From Bacteroidota bacterium (GTDB lineage Bacteria > Bacteroidota > Bacteroidia > Bacteroidales > FEN-979): a DNA stretch of 64,000 nt. Position 1 is the stretch's first letter. Every line of letters starts with the position of its first letter. Below the pieces are notes generated by a model. That model was given only the letters and a program-made list of their open reading frames with translations. It did no database searches and was not told the DNA's origin. Positions 56,906 to 64,000 of this stretch are shown here, piece by piece. The stretch lies in the NCBI GenBank assembly GCA_026391805.1, contig JAPLDJ010000011.1, forward strand, positions 2,219 to 66,218. The letters are read 5' to 3'. The position numbers and the translations under genes were made by a program.

Positions 56906-58037
56906 ACTGCATCTTCATATCATCTCCTTCACCATTCCATTTCCGCCCAATTATGGCGGGGTGATCGACGTTTATTATAAGATCAGGGCATTGCATGCGG
57001 CCGGGGTCAGGATCCATCTTCACTGTTTCGCTTACGACCGGGAACCTTCGGCTGAACTTGAGAAATATTGCCATAAGGTGCACTACTACCCAAGAAAAAC
57101 AGGACTCTGGTCGGCGCTGGCATGGAAGCCCTACATCGTTTTCAGCCGCCGGTCGGACAAACTGCTGGAAACCTTGCTGAAGGATGATCACCCGATCCTT
57201 TTTGAAGGGTTGCACACCTGCTATTACCTTTCCCATCCGAAACTGAAAGAGCGGGTCCGTATTTACCGTGAAAGCAACATCGAACACCAGTACTATTTTC
57301 ACCTTTCGAAGGCTGAAACAAACCTTCCGAGAAAGGCATATTTCTTCCTTTCCAGTCTCAAGCTCCTGGCATTCGAGGGAATCCTGTCGCATGCCACTAT
57401 GATGCTGACCGTTTCAAAGGAAGATACGGATTATCTTTCGAGGAAGTTCCCGGATGTCCCGGTGGAATACCTTCCGAGCTTCCACAAAGACGATGATGTG
57501 AATATCCTTGCAGGAACCGGTGACTACGCACTTTACCAGGGGAACCTGAGCGTCGCAGAGAATGTGCAGGCGGCAGAATACCTGATGAAAGAGGTCCTGC
57601 CGGGAACGAATGTCCGGATGATTGTTTCCGGGCTGAACCCCTCGCCGGAACTGGTCCGCCTTGCCGGACGCTATCCCGATGTGACCCTGATCCCCAATCC
57701 CCCGGAAGAGACGATGAATGAGCTCATCCGTTCCGCGCAGGTCAACATCCTGGTGACATTCCAGCCGACCGGGCTGAAGCTGAAACTGCTCAATGCATTG
57801 TTTAACGGACGGTTCTGCCTCGTTAACCCGCAAATGGTGACCGGAACGGAACTTGGCGAATTGTGCGAAACCGGAACCACGGCTGCTGAACTGAAAACCA
57901 AATTAATCCGGCTGATGCACGGCTCCTTCGATGAGGAGGCGATCCGGGCACGGCGTGAGCAGCTGCTGAAATGGCATTCAAACAATAAGAATTGCAAACG
58001 ACTCACGGATTTAGTATCTTTGCAAGTCTGGCGTTAA
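56898..58037 (+). CDS. Glycosyltransferase (GT-B/GT4-like)
   Basis: PPNYGGVIDV, NIEH.YY, GLKLKLLNAL. Confidence 0.85.
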   Translation: MPELHLHIISFTIPFPPNYGGVIDVYYKIRALHAAGVRIHLHCFAYDREPSAELEKYCHKVHYYPRKTGLWSALAWKPYIVFSRRSDKLLETLLKDDHPILFEGLHTCYYLSHPKLKERVRIYRESNIEHQYYFHLSKAETNLPRKAYFFLSSLKLLAFEGILSHATMMLTVSKEDTDYLSRKFPDVPVEYLPSFHKDDDVNILAGTGDYALYQGNLSVAENVQAAEYLMKEVLPGTNVRMIVSGLNPSPELVRLAGRYPDVTLIPNPPEETMNELIRSAQVNILVTFQPTGLKLKLLNALFNGRFCLVNPQMVTGTELGELCETGTTAAELKTKLIRLMHGSFDEEAIRARREQLLKWHSNNKNCKRLTDLVSLQVWR

Positions 58038-58157
58038 TCTTTCTGAGCTTTCATCCAATACCGTCTTTATGAAACGAGCATGTTCGTTTAACGCAAACAA
58101 GGATGAAAATCTCACATGCGAGTTCCATCCAACATATAAAATCAAAATTATTTACGG

Positions 58158-59042
58158 ATGAAAAGGATCCTTGTCCCTGTTGATTTTTCCGGGCATACAG
58201 ATATCACCTGTTCTTATGCCCTTGAATTGGCCGGTGACAACGCCACAGAGATCCGTCTTTTTCACTCCTATTCCGATCCTGTCATCATGACCGACCGGAA
58301 TTTCCCCGACACCATCGACATGAGTACCATGTACAACGAGGAGTTGCTGAAGGAGGTCTTTCACCAGGCGGAAAAGAAAATGGAATTGCTGGTACAATCC
58401 ATCGGTGAAAAAATACAGAAAAGCAGCAGGAACAATATCGAACTTCAATCGACCGTCGTTGGTGGAATGATCGAACGCGAACTCAAAGACCTTTGCCTTG
58501 AATTTCATCCCGACCTGGTCGTAATGGGAACCCGCGGCTCGGGAAATACACTTCAGACGTGGGGAAAAGTATCGACCTACATCATCAAACATGCGAAAGT
58601 GCCGGTACTGGCCGTACCTGAAATAAACAAGTTTATGGGATTCAGGGAGATCATGCTTGCTGACGATCCGCTGGAACGTGTCGAAGGATCGATCCGAAAG
58701 ATACTGGAACTTTTCGCCGGGTTTACCTTTCACATCTCATGTGTTCATTTCAGGACCAGGGAAGAAAAGAAAGAGGAAAAAGAGAAGCGTGAACTGCTGC
58801 GGGAAAAATTTGAAACTGAAGTGCGTTCCGGAAAGATCAGCTTTGAAATGGTTGCCGTGAAAGGCGAGAAGCAGAAAGCCATCAGCGAAGCAGCAGAAAA
58901 AGCATCTACCGATCTGATCGCCTTCCAACAGCACAGTCACGGGCTGCTGTATAACCTCTTTACAAAAGAAATCAAGCGCAAAGACCTCCGTGCCACCAAC
59001 ATTCCTTTGCTGGCATTGCCGGATTTCGCAGTAAAAAAATAA
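58158..59042 (+). CDS. Universal stress protein
   Basis: ILVPVDFS, DLVVMGTRG, VPVLAVP. Confidence 0.92.
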   Translation: MKRILVPVDFSGHTDITCSYALELAGDNATEIRLFHSYSDPVIMTDRNFPDTIDMSTMYNEELLKEVFHQAEKKMELLVQSIGEKIQKSSRNNIELQSTVVGGMIERELKDLCLEFHPDLVVMGTRGSGNTLQTWGKVSTYIIKHAKVPVLAVPEINKFMGFREIMLADDPLERVEGSIRKILELFAGFTFHISCVHFRTREEKKEEKEKRELLREKFETEVRSGKISFEMVAVKGEKQKAISEAAEKASTDLIAFQQHSHGLLYNLFTKEIKRKDLRATNIPLLALPDFAVKK

Positions 59043-59048
59043 GCTGAA

Positions 59049-60500
59049 CTATTTGAGCAGGATCCGCTGCAGGCGGTAATTATCGAACTCGTACATTTCC
59101 CAGTACTGGTTCTCGTATCCGTTTTCCTTGCCTGAAGAAGAAAAGCGGAAATCGGTCTGAAGGGATTTCATCCGGAGTTCCGGAATGCAGTGTCCGAACG
59201 ACCGGCCGTACCTGTACAGAGCTGTCATGAAATAGTACGTAACATCGAATCCCTGGAAAGCCAGAGGATCCGGGTCGGTTTTATAACGCTCCTGGAACTG
59301 TGCCACAAATTTCTTCACCCCGGGATCATTGTAGTCGATGAAATAAGGCGCCATCACATGCGTATTCAGGTTCACCAGGTAATCGGCTTCGATATCATCG
59401 AACCGGTCCCACCTCGGCAAACCCAGCAGTGTCATGCTGAATTCGGTCCGGTGCTCATTCAGTTTCGTGACCACATCAAGTACATAGGACCTGTTGTTCG
59501 AAATCAGGATGATGATGTTCCCCTTTTTGCTTGTAAGAAGGCTGAGCACTTCGCCATATCCTTCGGCAAGGTGTGCTTCAATTTTCTTATCCTCCAGTTC
59601 GGTCATGATGCTGGTGGCCGTTGCCTTGTTGTTCCGCTGGTAATCGCTGATCACGATCACGTTGCTGTCGCTGTAAGAGGTTTCGATGAATTTGATCATT
59701 TCAGAAAACTGTGTCTTTACCGACGGCCGCACCTTGAAGATCCTTGGATTTCCGATCACGATCGAGTCGCGTTCCGAAATCGGGTTTACAATGGTGATGT
59801 TATTTTTTGCGCCAAAATCGGCCAGCATATGAAAATTCCGCTGGAACATCAGCCCGATGATCAGGTCCATGTCTTTCAGTTCGGGCTTTTGCAGAAGCTT
59901 TGCAGTTTTAGCGGTATCCCGGTCGGCATCGTAAACATGGACGTTAAGCGAAACGCCGTTTTCTTTCAGGGAATCGAGCGCCATCCTGAACCCTTCATAG
60001 AACTGGATGAACTGAAGCGACCGGTATTCCTGTACAGAGGAGGCCTGTCCCCCATCGACATCCATCTGTTCCACTTCCCCGAGGTAGAGCGGGATCAGCA
60101 GGGCTACATTATAGACCGGCTTCATTGTGGAACGGTCCTTCCCGCAGGGGAGTTGTTCTTCCGTAACCGGCTTCGGCTGCTTTTTCGCCTCCTCCTGGTT
60201 CTTCTTCGACTGCTTCTTAGGGGGTTCCTCCGACTTTCCTGTCGGGATTTTAAGTTGCATCCCTGCTTTAAGGCCCTCTTTCACTTCCGGGTTTTCCTGG
60301 ATGATATCCTTGACATCGACATCATAGGCCTTGCCGATCATGTAAAGGGTCTGGCCTTTTTTAACCGAATGGATGTAATATTCCTTTCCGTTGATTTTCT
60401 TGGTAACAGACGACCGCAACTGCTGCAGGGTTTCCTGCGCCAATAAGAAACCTGAGACAATTCCTGTAAAAAGAAGAAGCAATAAAATCGTCCTTTTCAT
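59049..60500 (-). CDS. LysM domain plus periplasmic-binding-like (PBP1) protein
   Basis: HSVKKGQTLY.I...Y.V...I...NP; VALLIPL, FYEGF.MA, GFDV; position next to guaA. Confidence 0.88.
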   Translation of the reverse strand: MKRTILLLLLFTGIVSGFLLAQETLQQLRSSVTKKINGKEYYIHSVKKGQTLYMIGKAYDVDVKDIIQENPEVKEGLKAGMQLKIPTGKSEEPPKKQSKKNQEEAKKQPKPVTEEQLPCGKDRSTMKPVYNVALLIPLYLGEVEQMDVDGGQASSVQEYRSLQFIQFYEGFRMALDSLKENGVSLNVHVYDADRDTAKTAKLLQKPELKDMDLIIGLMFQRNFHMLADFGAKNNITIVNPISERDSIVIGNPRIFKVRPSVKTQFSEMIKFIETSYSDSNVIVISDYQRNNKATATSIMTELEDKKIEAHLAEGYGEVLSLLTSKKGNIIILISNNRSYVLDVVTKLNEHRTEFSMTLLGLPRWDRFDDIEADYLVNLNTHVMAPYFIDYNDPGVKKFVAQFQERYKTDPDPLAFQGFDVTYYFMTALYRYGRSFGHCIPELRMKSLQTDFRFSSSGKENGYENQYWEMYEFDNYRLQRILLK

Positions 60501-60510
60501 AAATCTGTTC

Positions 60511-61842
<1,332 letters not shown>

Positions 61843-61868
61843 AATGCAAATGTAATTAAAAGATAAGA

Positions 61869-63596
61869 TTACCGGATAATTGTGGCCTGGTAAATGGATT
61901 CATTTCCAATACCATCCTTTACGACCATCCGGAGGTTGTTCTTGCCCACCCTGATGCGGTCGTCGAAGGCATAGATGAGACGTCCGCTTTTGGCATCAAA
62001 ATCCATCAGGATCCATTTTCCGTTCAGGGTTCCGCGGTACGATTGTATGCCGGAAAGGTTGTCCGTGATCTTAAAGGAGATATCCCTTTGCTTGCTTACA
62101 TTCTTGTTTTGGGCAACGTTGACAGGCTTTATCTGGGGTGGAACCGTATCGATTGCGATCCTGTAATCGCCGAACTCACGGATCTGAGTCTTCAGAAATC
62201 CATTTTCCATTTTCCCTCCCCTTCCTCCCAAATGACCTTCATTGTCAACCTTGACGATCAAAGCTTTTGAGGACAATGACGAGGGAATCCCATCTGCTTT
62301 AAGTGCCAGTGTGCTTGCAGAATGGATGGGTGTAAACTCGTTTTGCAGATGATAAACCCTCCCGAAAGCGCCAGGTGCTGCAGCCGATGCAGAAAAGATA
62401 AAGTCGAGGTCCTCATAAAGTGCATCAGCAGGAAGATCAAAAATGATCCCGTCGGAGGTAAAATGATTCGGTTTCCCGCACGAAAGAAGTGTTCCTTTCA
62501 GGGTTCTTTCATTCCTCATACGTCCACCCACAGGCAAATGGCTTTTTACCATGAAGGTCAGTTTCGAGGTGTTCCCGAAGGCATCTTTGACTACATAAAT
62601 AACCTTGTGCAGTTTGTTATCATTGAAGTTCACGATGCCCCGGTTTAATCCCTTTCCGTACATCGACAATTTATTATTCGGGGCAATGTACGACCGCATG
62701 ATCCGCTGGCCATTCCTCATGACCTGCGGATAATCGAGCAGGCTGTTGGCATAACGGGTCTCTGCAAATGCGAACCGTTCGAACTTCTGCGAAAAACAGA
62801 GGGCCGTATCCACGTAGAGTTCGATCAGGGAAATTCCGTCGCGGGAACCGGTATCATTGCTGAAATCGAAGGCCTGGATGCCGAAGATGATATTGCCGGA
62901 GACCTTTGTTGTATCCTTAGAAGTAACTCTGCAATCAGCACCGGAGGCATTTACAGGAAGCGTTGCCGCATTGCCGGTAAAGTTCACCATGCTCATCTCA
63001 TCCAGCGGATAGATCCTCACGTTATAGATCTTCGGCGGAGTATTATCTTTGAACGGCAGTCCGAAAAGCATCGGGTTGATGATCTCCTGTGTGGCGGCAT
63101 CCCGGATCTCGAAATGAAGGTGAGGTCCTTCCGAAAGACCTGTATTTCCTGAATAAGCGATGACATCACCCTTCTTCACCTTCAGAACACCGGGATCAAC
63201 CGGTGAATCCAAAACAAACGACTCATTTTTGTACTGCTGCTCCCTGATCCATGCTCCGATGGCAGCATTGAAACCTTTCAGGTGGCCATAAAGAGAGGTA
63301 AACCCGTTGGGATGTGTTATATAGATTGCTTTACCGAACCCTCCGGACGAAATGTTGACCCTTGACACATATCCGTCGGCGATCGCGTAAACCGGTTTTC
63401 CTTCTTCACCTCCCGTCCGGATATCGATCCCCGAGTGAAAATGATTTTTCCTGACATCCCCGAACCCGCCTGCCAGCATAATGGGGAAATCAATGGGCGA
63501 CCGGAACTGGTTCTTCGGATAGGTATTTTGGGCTCCCGGTTTTCCGGGAAATATCAACAGGAGGAAGAAGAATGGGATATAAATCAGTTGTTTCAT
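61869..63596 (-). CDS. M23-family metallopeptidase
   Basis: HSGID, YGHL, GNTG...GPHLHFEIR. Confidence 0.92.
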   Translation of the reverse strand: MKQLIYIPFFFLLLIFPGKPGAQNTYPKNQFRSPIDFPIMLAGGFGDVRKNHFHSGIDIRTGGEEGKPVYAIADGYVSRVNISSGGFGKAIYITHPNGFTSLYGHLKGFNAAIGAWIREQQYKNESFVLDSPVDPGVLKVKKGDVIAYSGNTGLSEGPHLHFEIRDAATQEIINPMLFGLPFKDNTPPKIYNVRIYPLDEMSMVNFTGNAATLPVNASGADCRVTSKDTTKVSGNIIFGIQAFDFSNDTGSRDGISLIELYVDTALCFSQKFERFAFAETRYANSLLDYPQVMRNGQRIMRSYIAPNNKLSMYGKGLNRGIVNFNDNKLHKVIYVVKDAFGNTSKLTFMVKSHLPVGGRMRNERTLKGTLLSCGKPNHFTSDGIIFDLPADALYEDLDFIFSASAAAPGAFGRVYHLQNEFTPIHSASTLALKADGIPSSLSSKALIVKVDNEGHLGGRGGKMENGFLKTQIREFGDYRIAIDTVPPQIKPVNVAQNKNVSKQRDISFKITDNLSGIQSYRGTLNGKWILMDFDAKSGRLIYAFDDRIRVGKNNLRMVVKDGIGNESIYQATIIR

Positions 63597-64000
63597 AATT
63601 TCTCGATGACCGGTGGTAATTCTTCCATGCTGTAAATGATGGCATCCGCCATGGGAAAGGATCCCGCGCGGTTTGATCTGTTGAAAAATATAGTGGATAT
63701 TCCTGCCTGTTTTGCGCCGATAATATCCTTCCCATAATTATCACCGATCATAACATAGACGGAAGGATCGGGATCAAGGCTCCTGAGTATATATGCAAAG
63801 AATTCCGGATCCGGCTTCTCAACGCCCATGTCTTTCGAGGCAAAAATGTGTGAGAAGTATCGGTCGGCACCCACCATGGCAAGCCCTTTTACGGCGTCCT
63901 TTTTATCAGATTCAGCGCCATTTGTGGCGATGCAGCAGGTAAAACGGGAAAGGGCTTTCAGCGCTTCCTCAGCGCCCGGAACCCATTCCGCAATATCCCA
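63593..64000 (-). CDS. HAD-family hydrolase (5' end outside the window)
   Basis: Frame is open to 64000; IATNG, KPDP, MIGDN...DIIGA..AG. Confidence 0.88.
   Translation of the reverse strand, partial: WDIAEWVPGAEEALKALSRFTCCIATNGAESDKKDAVKGLAMVGADRYFSHIFASKDMGVEKPDPEFFAYILRSLDPDPSVYVMIGDNYGKDIIGAKQAGISTIFFNRSNRAGSFPMADAIIYSMEELPPVIEKL

Noticed and set aside
59190-60446. 418-aa plus-strand ORF
   Set aside because: Antisense shadow of the LysM gene.

Overview
This is a Bacteroidota (probably Bacteroidales-like) chromosomal window, inferred from TAnnTTTG promoters, T9SS C-terminal domains, TonB receptors and the tpiA/prmA/DoxX/DUF1599/folP/cdaA cluster. About 45 CDSs are mostly housekeeping or envelope genes (dnaN, plsY, prmA, tpiA, folP, cdaA, def, ruvX, dapD, tsaC, purB, pyrK, pyrD, murB, guaA, glycosyltransferases). 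One complete IS256-family element has TIRs and an 8-bp TSD. I found no CRISPR, rRNA or tRNA. The unusual signal is intergenic. Over 15 intergenic spaces carry modular mosaics of 7-, 8-, 9/10- and 11-bp tandem repeats, often starting at a stop codon and in conserved module order. A 19/20-bp GC palindrome (8 copies) is inserted precisely into these repeats, and both filled and empty sites are visible. A two-copy MITE sits inside a third hairpin family. A 93-bp inverted repeat brackets cdaA. guaA also lacks a conserved internal segment. Gene calls rest on motif recognition only; no database searches were run.
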